Positions 1 to 11,212 are shown, counted from the first letter of the stretch. The stretch: 64,000 nt of DNA from Vicugna vicugna (GCA_013265495.1 MU058198.1:6773779-6837778), one strand, 5' to 3'. Notes: a model not told the origin generated them from the letters alone. Numbers and translations: made by a program.

Positions 1-130
1 GAGCAGGGGGCCCTGCAGCCTGTACCTTTAAGAGCAACTCACCATTCCGCACACTGGAATGACGAGTCACGTGACTGTACCGGTGGGTCCCTCATCACGT
101 GTTAGGAAGGTTCTCACCACTTCCGGGTCT
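1..130 (-). promoter_or_regulatory. CLN3: Probable CLN3 promoter / non-coding first exon (gene runs off the left edge)
   Basis: CpG-rich. Perfect CLEAR palindrome GTCACGTGAC 66-75, second E-box TCACGTG 95-101, ETS site CACTTCCGG 118-126, minus-strand donor GTGAGT at 42-37. The gene name rests on the conserved order CLN3-APOBR-IL27-NUPR1-SGF29; no CLN3 coding sequence is in the window. Confidence 0.55.
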
Positions 131-1576
131 TCGCTCTGTTTTCCCTTTAGGCATTCCCAGCTTCGAGGCGTGGGATAGGGAGAGGCCGGGAGAACCCTGA
201 AAGTCCTGGATTAAAACTGGGGTGGGTGGGATCAGCAAAAAGTGCCATGACGTTAGTTAGCGGCGTCCAAGGCCGAGACCGTATTGTGCCAGCACTAATC
301 ATGGCTGTGAGAGTCTTTAGCTCCTCTTGCAACTTACGATTGCCAGAAACAAATATGGCCACCTGGTTGCTCATTTCAGACCGGACTGTTTCTTGACTGG
401 GAACAAAGACGGCCAGCTTGAGGTCGTTCTTATTTCCATCTGTTGCCTTTAGATTGTTTTAGAAACTGAAAATAAAGGTAACACCCATCTAAAAAGATTT
501 CATCACGACATTGTAAAATTATTATAAATCAGTAAAAAAAGTTAAAAATTGTAAAATTATTATAAATCAATAAAAATTGTTTCAAAAATAAATAAAATAA
601 AAAGATTTCATCAATTACCTTTTGGCACTATCTGAGGTGGTTAGGAGATCCCCTTTCCCAAATTATCTTAGAACCAAAGTAGTCCATTCCTGGTTTTACA
701 GGTGAGAAAACAATAATAAGAAGATACTGATGATCATACAACTTTAGCTCTAAAGGTGACCTTAGAGACCCTTTCAGCATTAAGAAATACAGCACCAGAG
801 GCTGGGTTGCTGGCTGAGCTGGCTGCTGCAGGATTCCTGCTTGCATCAAGGATGCTTAGACCAGGTGATTCTAAAAGCCCAGGATTCTGATTCTGTGTTC
901 TCATCTAGTTCCTCTAATTGGACACTTGGAAAGTGGGGCTCAGGGAGGGGACCAGGAGAGGAGGTGTAGATCAAGGTCACTTCACATAGTCCCAAATAAG
1001 GAACAGTTATTCTCTTACCTTTCTCTACGTGGTAAAGCAGCATCCTGAATTTTCTTCATCACGTTCTTTGCCTGCTAATCTCTCCTGTGGGGTTCCATCA
1101 GTTGGTGCCCACCTTTCCCAGGTCCTTCTCACCACCAGTCCCTCAGACTGCTGTTTGAAATGTACCCCCCTTTTGTCTGTTTCCAGGGTCACTCAACCAA
1201 TGAAAAATGGGATCCTATTACCCATGCAGGGCTCTAGAAATTCAGCAACATGTCATACATGGCCTCCACCTTCAAGGAACTCAAGGAAGGTGGGAGGCAG
1301 ACATGAATAACCACAATACAAAGCTTAGCCAAGTTTTGTTTCACAAGAATGACTACAGATGAGGGAATGCACGTTGGAACCACCAATCCAGCCCCTTCTT
1401 CCTCTTGGGGAAGCATTAATGACCCTGAAACGAGAAGCCAGAGCTCTTACCAGCCCCCTCCTCACTCCTACTCCTTGTCGCCAGGCAAAACAGGAACCAC
1501 AAACCCCAGCTTCCTCTCACAGAGAGGCTGTGGCTTTAGGGGGAGACGGAAATGGCTGAGGTGTAAATATAAGACC

Positions 1577-1817
1577 TGAGTCACTTAAGCTGCAGTTCCC
1601 ACATTCTCCTCCCCCCTCCCCAATTCTGAGGTCTCCTGCTCCCACTTTTTTCTTTCAGTCCTGCTCCCTTGTCCTTTAGCTCCAAATATGCACCTGAGCC
1701 CCCTATGTGACATACACTCATTTTCCAGCCTGGGCTGGAAGCAGCTGTGGGCATTGCAGAAGGTGGGCAGGGCTTGGGGTGGGGATGTGTCAGGGAGAGT
1801 CAGGGGAAGAGGAAGTG
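1577..1817 (+). promoter_or_regulatory. APOBR proximal promoter motifs (AP-1, PU.1/ETS)
   Basis: TGAGTCA 1577-1583; purine-rich GAGGAAGTG 1809-1817, about 90 nt upstream of the ATG. Motif match only. Confidence 0.4.
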
Positions 1818-1904
1818 TCTTGGGTCCTGGGGAAGACTGACTTGTCTTGGTGGGTGGAGACGGTCATTGTCAGTTTTCTGGACACATAGACAGAGACAGA
1901 CAGG

Positions 1905-1961
1905 ATGGAGTTCCTCCGACTACATCTCCCTGGGCTGCATCAGGCCTTGAGGGGGGCACTG
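1905..1961 (+). CDS. APOBR: APOBR coding exon 1 (MEFLRLHLPGLHQALRGAL)
   Basis: Kozak aggATGg; matches the human N-terminus MDFLRLYLPGLHQALRGAL; donor gtgagc at 1962. Confidence 0.93.
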
Positions 1962-2298
1962 GTGAGCGGGGCAAATGAATGCCAAAGACTTCCACCCTGC
2001 TCCCTGGGGTCCCACCTTCCTCTCTTTCTTTGAGCCTCTCCTCAGATTCAAGATTCCTTCACCAGGATTGGGCAGTCTCCTAGCCCAGTCTTCTCTGGAT
2101 TCCAATTCCCCCATCACCACAGGCACACCCACATAACCCGAATCTAGGCCCTTTACTACTCCTGCAGAACGCGTCCTCCTTCTCCTCCTAGATCCTAGAA
2201 CCCTTCCTCCTTACCCTGAGTTCCTCTGACCCAGGGCCCCCAGGGAGAGGGCTGGGCCTCCCCTTAATGCCTTTAATCCCTTCCCCCTTTTCTTCTAG

Positions 2299-4959
2299 GA
2301 TTCTTTAAGCACCTTTGTCTCCTACCTTATAGGAGATGAAGTCCCCACTGCAGAAAGGAGGGAGGCGTGGGCAGCTGAGGAACTGGGGGAAGTAGCTGCA
2401 GAAAAATCAGGGAGGACAGTGGAAGAGGAAGCCCAGAAAGCCCTGGGGGGCCTTGGAGGCAGCCAAAGCAAGGGGGTTGGAGGGCTGAGAGGTCCTGGAG
2501 AGGCTGGAAGGCACCCAGAGGAAAGCTCAGCTGCAGAACAGACCTGGGGTGGGGGAGAAGGCAGCTCCCACGGGTCTCAAGCAGATAGGCAGGACACTGG
2601 GGCCTGGGAAACAGCTAAGGCCACCAGATTCCAGGATTCAAGTGTCCCCTTGGAGACCAGAAAGAAGTCTGAGGCAGGGTCTGAGTCTGGTGGAGACAGG
2701 AGGAGCCAAGCCCAGGAGAGTCGGGAGCTCGATGAGCAGGAAGTGAACAGAGAAGAGACACTGAGAACCTGGGAACAGGAGGAGGAGGAGGAGGAAGAGG
2801 TCAGGGCAACAGAGCCAGGGGTAGCTGGAGGGGAGGAGTCAGAGTGGACCTGGCAAAAGGAGCCTGAGGGGAAGGCCAGTGCTGATGGACTAAAGGTAGC
2901 AAGGGACAGCCAGGAGGCAGAGCAGGTGGTCAAGGAGGCAGCTACAAAGGAGATCCAGGGGCCTGGGGCTAAAGGGCCTGGGAGGGAGGAAGAGGTGGTG
3001 GTAGTGGTAAGGCATGGCCAAAGCACAAGGACACAGAGGACACAGGGGACACAGGAGCCAGAGGCAGAATCTGAGCACGGGGAACCCTCAGGCAGAGAGG
3101 AGGCAGGGACAAGCTCAGGCATGGAGGAGGCTGCCCTCCCAGGAGTCAAGGAAACAGAATATGGGACAGTCCCAGGAGAAAGGATCCCAGAGGATACTGG
3201 GAGAGTCTGGGCCCTAGAGGAGACCTCCAAGGGAGACCAGGAGGAGGTGGATGAGAATAAGGAGTTTGAGGTGAGCCTGTTCCCCAATCAGACCCAGGCC
3301 CTGGGAATTGAGGGAGTGGAAGAAGTGGCCAGGGACCAGGCAGAAGGGAGGATGGCTGAGGAAAACCAGGGGTCAGAGAAGGAGGTAGGGGAGGGCTTGG
3401 AGGGCCAGGCAGACTGGGCTGAGGAAGAACCCGTGGGGAGGCAAGACTCAGAGATCAGGGTGGCTCAAGCCAGTCTCAAGGAGGCGGTACAGGCAGAGGA
3501 GGCCGGGGAGCAGGAGAGTTGCTGGGCCGCCGAGGCTGGGCTGCCCCAGGGCAAAGTGGCAGACCGACCTGAACATGATGCTCACTTGGAGGCAACCCCA
3601 GAGGCCAGGGCCGAGAAAGTGTTCAGTAAGGAGAGGGGTGAGGAAGAGGCTCAGACAGGTGGGGAAGCATTGGAGGTGGAATGTTGTGGTCTTGAGCACA
3701 AAGTCACTGAAGGCAAAGAACCTGAGCTGATGGAAACCCCCAAGGCCCCAACAGAGCAACCTGAAGAAGGGCAAGCGGGTAAGGAAGTGTTCTGGAGGGT
3801 TCCAGTCCTGAGCGAAGAGGAGACGGAGAGGAGCCTGGAGGAATATCCCAGGAACATGGGGCATGAAAAGCCTAATAGCTCTGTGGCCGAAGCCTGGGAA
3901 CACAGGAGAAGAAGGGGCGTGGAGGGAGGAAATACCCAGGAGGAAAAAGCAGGTGCTGATGTGGGGAAGGAGGAGGCTACAGGAGGCCAGGCAGTGGTGG
4001 CTGAGGCTGAAGGAGGCCGAGAGCCTGCACAACCAGAGATCCCAGAGACAAGTGGGGAGTGGATCAAAGCAAAGGAAGCGGGACGTGGAGCAGAGGAGGA
4101 GGAGGCCCCTGGCACTGAGAACCAGGAGCTGAGTGGAGGGCATAGGGCGGAAGCAGGGACTGGCCAGTCACTGGGAGAGTCAGATGCCAGAGAAACCAAG
4201 GAGGAGGAGGTGGAGGCCACTGTGCCCTGCGGGGCAGACAGAACATCCAGCAGAGGCTGGAGGCCGGAGGCGGAGGCTCTGAGCCTCCAGGATGGCGAAG
4301 ACATGCAGGCAAATTCTTTGGCTGCCGAGATAGTGGAAGATAAGGCAGCTCTGGGTGGAAGGGCCGCTGGGGAAGGTCCTGAAAGAGAGGCAGGGGAAGC
4401 ATTCAAGAGAGGCTGGGATTCAGAAGAGAGAGAGGAAGCTGGTGGAAGTGAGGAGATGGCGGAGGCTGCAGAGGAAGGGAATAGAGGTGGGCAGGAGTCT
4501 GGCCTGGAGGGCTTAGCAGAGGCTTTTGAGGCCATGGAGGGTGAGCAGGGGGGAGAGCAGGCAGAGGTTAGGGATTCTGCAGTGGCGGAAGGAAGCTGTG
4601 GGATGGATGGCTTTACCTCGGACTCCCAGGCGGTAGGGGCAGAGGGCCTCCCAGGAGAGCAGACTCTGTTGGAAAAAGAGTCTGAGGGATGGGAGGCAGG
4701 GGAGCAGGGGCAAGACAGTGAGGGGCAACGTGGGGACCAGCACCCCGAGGGACAGGCCCAAAGGCCCCTTGATGTGGAGGATGACGAGGTGGCTGGAGAC
4801 CAAAAGGCGGAGGCTGAGGACATTGATCCACGAGGCCTGGAGGATGTCCAAGGCCAGGAAGACCAGTCAACAAAGCAGGACCCTGCAGAGGCCAAGCCTG
4901 GACCATGTGGGGAGGCCTCAGGGAGAGTTGGAGAGGATGTTCACAGCAGTTGGAGTGAG
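2299..4959 (+). CDS. APOBR: APOBR exon 2, large Glu/Gly/Ala-rich exon (887 codons)
   Basis: Acceptor tcttctag; starts DSLSTFVSYLIGD, in frame with ORF 2419; ends HSSWSE before donor gtgagg at 4960. Confidence 0.93.
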
Positions 4960-5044
4960 GTGAGGGCTCCAGGTAGGATTCAGGCCCGGCCAGAGCAGAA
5001 TCTCGAAACCGGCCCCACAGTACCCTGTGCCCTCTTCCCTGTAG

Positions 5045-5310
5045 GCCCTGCTGCCTGGGTCTCGCCTAGATGTCTCTGTCCCGAGGAGCCGTGTACTCCT
5101 CTCCCGCAGCTCCTCACAGCGCCGCTCCAGGCCCTCTTTGCGACGGACCCCCGGCCCTGAGCACCTGGAGGAGCCTCCCAGCCCTCCATCCAAGGAAGAG
5201 CTGTCAGCCCCTGAGCAGAGACTTCTCCAGCCGGAGGGCCTCCAAGAGCCAAGCCCCCCAAGGTCTGAAGGGACCCCATTGCCAGCCAGGAGAATGCCTC
5301 TGGGACAAGG
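5045..5310 (+). CDS. APOBR: APOBR exon 3 (ALLPGSRLDVSVPRSRVLLSRSSSQRRSRPS...PLGQG)
   Basis: Acceptor ccctgtag, donor gtaagc at 5311; matches the conserved APOBR C-terminal region. Confidence 0.92.
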
Positions 5311-5400
5311 GTAAGCACAAGGTAGGGTGACTGAGTGGGAATGAGGAGAAGGCTGGTAGCACCTGGAGACCAGCTCCCATGGCCTTTCTTCCACCTGCAG

Positions 5401-5467
5401 GTTTGGCCTCGCACACCCTGGCATGATGCAGGAACTGCGAGCCAGGCTGAGCCAGCCAAAGCCCTAG
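5401..5467 (+). CDS. APOBR: APOBR exon 4 (FGLAHPGMMQELRARLSQPKP*); spliced CDS 3051 nt, 1016 aa
   Basis: Acceptor ccacctgcag; phase consistent with exon 3; TAG 5465-5467; resembles human FGLAHPGMMQELQARLGRPKPQ. Confidence 0.92.
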
Positions 5468-6145
5468 TGACCGGGAGCCTGGCCCCAAGCAAGACTCGGA
5501 AGGTTGGGTTGAACCCTGCTCAGCCTGACTCCCTCTGCCACTTTGGATGCATCCTTTCCACCCTCTGGGCCTTAGTTTCTCGGCGTGTCATTCACGGAGC
5601 AGACAGAACCCAATGTCTGCGAGAACCATGAATTTAAGGAGTCTGACCCTCCAGTGTGGCTGATGGACCACTGTCCCTCGGGATCCCCTCTTTCCAATGG
5701 CCTGTCTTGACTACCTCCTCAACCTGTCTCAGCTGCCTGGAGGACTGAGATGGGACAGAAACAATTCTCCCCACAGCCTTCCCTCTCTGACTGCCCCTAC
5801 TGCCCCCACCAATCCCTGCTCCCCAGTGCCACCCCCGCCTCTGGGGTGGAAGGCAGCCTAGAGAAAAGGGTCAAGGGGGCCTGTGGAGCTTCATTTGCAA
5901 TCAAAAGTTGATGGGAAGCAGAACCAGCTGCCCTGAGCTTCCAAAATGGGAGCTCAGCCTCAGAAGTCTGCTGGTTACTATGGCAACCAGCAGCTGAACA
6001 AGCCAGAGTGGAGGAAGGTGGACTAGGAACCCCAAAAATGTAGGAGCAGAGAGGAGACCAGGGAGGCAGGAAGCTGCAGACTCCTTTTGGGTGTCAGGCA
6101 CCCCTTCTCTGAAAAGAAGTGGAGGCAGAGAGAGGATGGGAGTGC

Positions 6146-6255
6146 TTTATTAGGCACCCAGCATGGTGGCCTAGTCTGAGGATGACTAGCAAGTCCTGGA
6201 AACAATAAATAAACCATCATTTCCCTAAACAATAAATAAATATCCAAGAAATAAA
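6146..6255 (-). promoter_or_regulatory. IL27: IL27 3'UTR AU-rich elements and poly(A) signal
   Basis: Minus-strand AATAAA at 6151-6146; repeated UUAUUUAU-type motifs at 6204-6255 on the minus strand. Confidence 0.7.
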
Positions 6256-6421
6256 TATCTGGTGAGAACTCGAGGGGCCTTAAGTTATTGGGTAGGGTCT
6301 GGGGTGGGAGATCAGTGGAGTCCTGCCTTGTCTCAGACAAATAAGCTGGAGGCTGTCCCGTGGCCCCAGACTGGTCCTCAAGTCCTGATGTGTGCAGGGA
6401 AGGGACTGAGATGTCACTCCA

Positions 6422-6673
6422 TCAGGGATGGGAGCTAGGTGTTGGAAACCCCAAGGCCTGGGCTGGGTTCCCAGCCTTGGAAAGCAGCAGCAAGTCCCGC
6501 ACGGCCCGAGACAAGACAAGTTCCAAGGAGTGTAGCAACTGGTAGGTGTAGAGGAGCTGGGGCCAGGATACCTGAGCTGACACCTGTGAGGGGCCACCCA
6601 CAGCCCCTGGGAGCAGCCCCTTCTCCTCCTCTGTCGCCTCCTCCTCCGGGAGGTCGACTCCTGAAGCCAGCAC
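6422..6673 (-). CDS. IL27: IL27 exon 5 (VLASGVDLPEEEATEEEKGLL...SSHP*)
   Basis: Acceptor ctcacag; SWPQLLYTYQLLHSLELVLSRAVRDLLLLSKA matches IL-27 alpha helix D; TGA at 6424-6422. Confidence 0.95.
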   Translation of the reverse strand: MLASGVDLPEEEATEEEKGLLPGAVGGPSQVSAQVSWPQLLYTYQLLHSLELVLSRAVRDLLLLSKAGNPAQALGFPTPSSHP

Positions 6674-6828
6674 CTGTGAGGAGAGAGAGGCCCATGAGTC
6701 AGAGAATGGCCTTGTTTTTTTTATGTGCCCAGGGGTATTAATGACATCAGAGATCACAGGGTCATGATTTCCCTGGACAACTCCTACTTCACATCTTTCA
6801 TTATGTCATCGTTTCATGGGAACTGCCT

Positions 6829-6831
<3 letters not shown>

Positions 6832-6860
<29 letters not shown>
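6832..6860. repeat. (TG)n microsatellite, IL27 intron 4
   Basis: Direct reading. Confidence 0.9.
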
Positions 6861-6865
<5 letters not shown>

Positions 6866-7252
6866 AGAAAATGGAAGTCACAGAGCAAGATGGTGCACAT
6901 GGTGCTGGCTTTTACTCATCCAGGACTGCCCTGGAGATTTGGGGTTCCGGGAGTTCCTCTCTTAAGGGTCGTCTTAGGATCAGAAATGGGTCCCAGGGTG
7001 ATATAATTGATACAGTTAGTTTTTATGCTGCTTTCATTTTCTATTCTTTTATTAGGGGTAAAATTACTGTTTCCTTTGAAATATTCAAGAAGATCTGGTG
7101 ATGTCAGAGGATGAAGGAGAAGGGAACCTACTTGCTGTAGGGCCTGCTAATGACAGATGCTGTCCTGGGTGCTTCAAACTGCTCTCTCATTTAAGACCAA
7201 GACCCCAAGAGAAGACAGAGATTCAGGGGGCAGAGCTTGTACTTGGTGCTAA

Positions 7253-7310
7253 ACACACAGACAGACAGACAGACAGATAGACAGACACACACACACACAC
7301 ACACACACAC
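7253..7310. repeat. (ACAG)n(AC)n compound microsatellite
   Basis: Direct reading. Confidence 0.9.
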
Positions 7311-7429
7311 GGGAATCTCCCTCCAGACTTACCCTACCTCTGGGCAGGGGTTATTTCAAAAGGAAGCCTGTGAGTCTCAGTTTTGTGTGTTGGCCTCCAG
7401 GGGTCAAGGAGAGTGGGTGGGCACTCTAC

Positions 7430-7588
7430 CTGGAAGCGGAGATGCTGCTGCAAATCCCGGAGATCCAGCCTTATGGCCCACAGGTGCATCCTCTCTGAGC
7501 TGGTCCAGACCCCCTGGCTCCCCAGTACTCCTAGCATGGCGTGGAAGGGGCGAAATGTCATGTAAAGAAAGTAGAGTCGTTCTGAGTC
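7430..7588 (-). CDS. IL27: IL27 exon 4 (DSERLYFLYMTFRPFHAMLG...LRDLQQHLRFQ)
   Basis: 159 nt, acceptor ttccacag, donor gtagag; homologous to human DPERLCFIST...LRFQ. Confidence 0.95.
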
Positions 7589-7639
7589 CTGTGGAAGGGG
7601 AGGGAAGGTATCAGGAAAGGCCCGCAGGCCAAGGATGAC

Positions 7640-8500
7640 CCACTTCAAACCCAACCTCATCTCTTTTTGGGTTCCATTCTCAGCCCAAACTCCAATCCCC
7701 ATTCCATCTCCATTCTAGTTTCATCCTTAACCCCATCTCCATCCCCACTCTCTTCCTATGCTCATCATTCCCATCTCCACTGTCTCTGATCTCTATCCTA
7801 TCTCCTTTTCCAACCTCATTTCAGTCCCGTGCCCAAACTCATCTCTACCCAAAACCCCATCTCCATCCTCCTATCTCTCTCTATCCAGAATCCCATTCCA
7901 TTCTCTTCTCTATTACCCCATCCCATTCCCATATCCTCACTTGTTTTCTTCCTGTCTCCAATTCCTTTCCCACCCTTATTCCCATTCCTAATCCAGATTC
8001 CATCCCTATTCCATGTGTCCAGCCTCACTGTCACCATCTCTCCATCCCATCTCCAACTCCATCCCAACCCCACCCCATCTCCATCCTCACCAGAAATCCC
8101 CATCCATTCTCTCTCCCCCATTTCATTTTTACTCTCATCCCCAACCTCTTCCCACACCTAACCTCTCTCTTCATTCTCATTCCTTTTAAAATTCTTTTTT
8201 GTTTTCTTGGGAAGAGGGTGGAAGTAATTAGATTTATTTATTTAAAAAATGCTTTTTACCCATTCTCACTCCCAATGCCAACTCCATCCCACCTCTATAC
8301 TAATCTCTATCCCAAATCCCCTTCTATTCCCACCTCTTTCCTTGCCCAGCTTCACTCTTACCCTCTTCTTAACTCCATTTGTTTATTTCAGCCTCATCTT
8401 TATATTCAATGACATACCCAGACTCCTTCAGATTATATCCCTCAGTTTATCCCCAAACCTGTTTTCAATTCAATCCCCAACTTTATTCCATTCACCCAGC
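7640..8500. repeat. Low-complexity (CCCATY)n-like pyrimidine-rich tract, IL27 intron 3
   Basis: G-poor plus strand with many ccatc/cccatt units. Confidence 0.7.
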
Positions 8501-8550
8501 CCAGCCTTATTGCCAGTTTGCCTGTCCCACCCCACTTGTCCCCTACTCAC

Positions 8551-8649
8551 AGAGAGGCCACGCCAGGCCTGGAAGGTCAGGGAAACGTTGGGGAGCTGCT
8601 CTCCCAGGGGCAGAAGGTCCAGGTTCACTCCTGGCAGGTGAGATTCAGC
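8551..8649 (-). CDS. IL27: IL27 exon 3 (AESHLPGVNLDLLPLGEQLPNVSLTFQAWRGLS)
   Basis: 99 nt, acceptor ccccatag, donor gtgagt. Confidence 0.95.
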
Positions 8650-8733
8650 CTATGGGGCAAAGTCTGTTAGTGGGGGCCCGAGGGGACTGGAGATTTTCCC
8701 ACCCCCAGAGCCAGTTGCATTAGGGGGACTCAC

Positions 8734-8906
8734 AAAATGATGGGCTTGGACTCGAACCTCGGAGAGCAGCTTCCTGGCGAGATGTAGGCTGACCTTGAAC
8801 TCCCTCTGCAACTCCTGCAGGCTCAGGGGGGACCTCCCTGGGGGCCTCGGGAATCCCCAGACACCGGCTAGAGCCAGGAGCAAGGAGAGCAGCAAAAGGC
8901 TGAGTC
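8734..8906 (-). CDS. IL27: IL27 exon 2 (signal peptide and helix A)
   Basis: 173 nt; LSLLLLSLLLALAGVWGFPRPPGR...SLHLARKLLSEVR; canonical AG/GT. Confidence 0.95.
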
Positions 8907-9961
8907 CTGGAGAGATGGGGAGGGGATGCGCAAGATGAGGGGAGAACTTGAGAACTCGGGAGAAGGAAGAGAACGTGCCTTTTCTGAGCCTGTGCTACAG
9001 GCAGGCTCTGTGTGTCATCACATTGACCCCTCAGAACCATTAACAATAGTATATGGAAGCCGTTGAGAACATCATATGGCATCTCTGTACGAGAGGAGAG
9101 TGCCCCTTCCCCCGGCAGACACAGCCTTCCACAGAGTGCTCTTCTTTGCAAGCAGATCTTAGGCTGCATTTTGATCCCCACTAACTGCCTTGGCCAAGTG
9201 TCTTTTTCAATGAACAAACTGCACAACAGTGTAAGGCAGTCTGGGTACTGTTATTCTCCCCCTCTTGCAGATGGAGAAAGTGAGGCTCAGCGAGGTTGGC
9301 TTGCCCAAGGTCACATAGCCAGAGGGTGAGGGGACCAGGACTGGATTCCAGATCTGCCCAAATGTAGAGCCTCTGTGCTCCCTGAAGGGAACTCAGAGGA
9401 GGCAAGCACCTCCCCTGGAGTGGGCACAGGCTGTTCTGCCAAGGATTCCTCCAGCTTAGCCAGGTGGCTCTGATGGCCTGAACCAGGTAACACTGAAAGC
9501 TCTGTCCCAGGAAGTCAGAAGGAGAGATTGGTCCAGGCTCCCCCATGGCAGGGGGGTTATTCTGCAGTGTGGGAGGAATGGAGGGGTGCCAGGAGAGAGA
9601 GGAAGGCCTGGAATGGGAGGCAGAATCTCTGTTTCTCATTTGAGCTCTTCCCTTGAGCAAGTCATCTCTTATCTCTGTGCCTCAGGCTCCCATCTGTAAA
9701 ATGGGGGAATCAGACTGGCTGATTTCTGTAAGTGCTTCCTGCCCTGTGTTTCCTGGAAAGAAGGAAGAGGGGCCATGGGGCTGGAGCTCTGGAAAGAGGG
9801 CAGTGTTCAGCAGTTTCTCCTTCAAGGAGAGGAAATCTAGCAATCACTGGAGTTACACAATTCCCTTCGAAACACAAACCAAAACTGGCCGCTAAGTTTA
9901 AGTCTATTCCTGCTTATCTTTCTCTCCATGCCCCTCTCCTATCCATTCTTTTCTTTTCTTT

Positions 9962-10087
9962 TTCTTTCTTTTTTTTGGCAGGGGGAGGTAATTAGGCTTA
10001 TTTAGTTTTAAAGGAGGTACCAGGGATTGAACTGTGACCTCATGCATGCTAAGCATGCGTCCTACTACTTGAGCTATACCCTCCCCC
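9962..10087 (-). mobile_element. tRNA-Ala-derived SINE (camelid Vic-1-like)
   Basis: Reverse complement reads ggggagggtatagctcaagtagtagg...gcatgcttagcatgcatgagg with aagcctaattacctcccc tail and poly(A). Confidence 0.85.
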
Positions 10088-11100
10088 ACCTCCTATCCAT
10101 TCTTGATCTCTAACCCCTGGGCTCTAGTCCTCTCAGTAAAGACTAAGGGGAGCATCTGGGTGCTTCCACTACCCTCATGGACCTCCAGGGGGTGGTGGGC
10201 CATGCTTGCAATGCTAGCATTCAGGCTCCCTGGCTTGGGAGCCACTGTGGCATCCCAGAGACTTAAAACAGAGTAGGAGGTCTTCCTAGCTCTTTGAGTG
10301 GGCTCCCCCAGGCCCCGGGGGATAGTGCCCATCCAGAACTGAGCTGTGCCATTTCCTACTGACCCCTTGCTTCCTGCCTGAGCTCTGGAGCCCCCAGACC
10401 CTTCCCTTGACTTCTCCTTCCCCTTGGCAGCCAATGCTGGGTCCTTGGCCCTGGCCTTTGAAGGTTCTGTCCCCATCCTTCAGCCCTTGGCCCCTACTCT
10501 GATTCTACCAATCTGCTCCTTTGCTTATAGCTCTAGTTCCAGCCTCTGAGTCTTTCAGTCACCAACTGTAGATTGGACCTCCTTCCAAGCTTCAAACTCC
10601 AGACCCTTGACCCAGTTGGGCTTCTTGGTCCCAGCCCCCAGCTCATGCCGACTCCCCCTGCTGTTCTTCCTCCAGCTGGCCCCAGTTATCAGCCAGGCTG
10701 AATGGCCCCTGCCATCCTCTCCAACTAAACTCTTCCATTTATCTGCCTAGTCCAGGTCCTGGTCAAACCGTCTGCCCCGCTCTCCCCATTCATGCCACTC
10801 ACAGCTTTCCAGCCTCAGACCAGCCCTTACCAAACCATCACCCTACTACCCCTGTCCTCCTATTTATGCCAGGCAACCTGTCCCATCCTCTGCCCAGCCC
10901 TGGCCTAACTACTCCTCCTCTGCCCCAGCCCCTCTCCCCCATGTATGCCTGCCTCAGTCCCATCCTCCTACAGTCAGCTGTATCCCATATTCTTAGTCTA
11001 GGCCAAGCAGTTGCCTCTCAGCCCTAGCCCCCATCCACACCAGTCAAACCCACCCCCCCACCCCCCACCCCTCTGTCCCCAGCCCTGGCCTCAAACTCAC

Positions 11101-11131
11101 GCCAGCCAAGGTCTCCTGCCATCTGGCCCAT
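11101..11131 (-). CDS. IL27: IL27 coding exon 1 (MGQMAGDLGW R); spliced CDS 714 nt, 237 aa
   Basis: gtcATGg; 31 nt then donor gtgagt; matches human MGQTAGDLGWR. Confidence 0.93.
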
Positions 11132-11179
11132 GACGGGGCCCAGCCTCTTTGGCCAGCCATCTCCCGGGCAGGGGGAGTC

Positions 11180-11212
11180 TTATACTGGGGGCTGCGCCCA
11201 GTTTCACTTTCC
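11180..11212 (-). promoter_or_regulatory. IL27: IL27 core promoter: TATA-like box and ISRE/IRF site
   Basis: GTATAA at 11185-11180 and GGAAAGTGAAACT at 11212-11200; a proximal IRF element is an established feature of IL27/p28 promoters. Confidence 0.8.

Noticed and set aside
511..570. Duplicated 21-mer ttgtaaaattattataaatca
   Set aside because: Simple local duplication in AT-rich DNA; two copies only, not a CRISPR-like array.
2577..4895. Long antisense ORFs (236, 231 and 414 aa)
   Set aside because: Ser/Pro/Leu-rich shadows of the purine-rich APOBR exon, with no independent gene signals.
2419..5160. 913-aa single-exon ORF
   Set aside because: It is APOBR exon 2 read from an internal GTG and through the 85-nt intron 2; the spliced model restores the conserved N- and C-termini.
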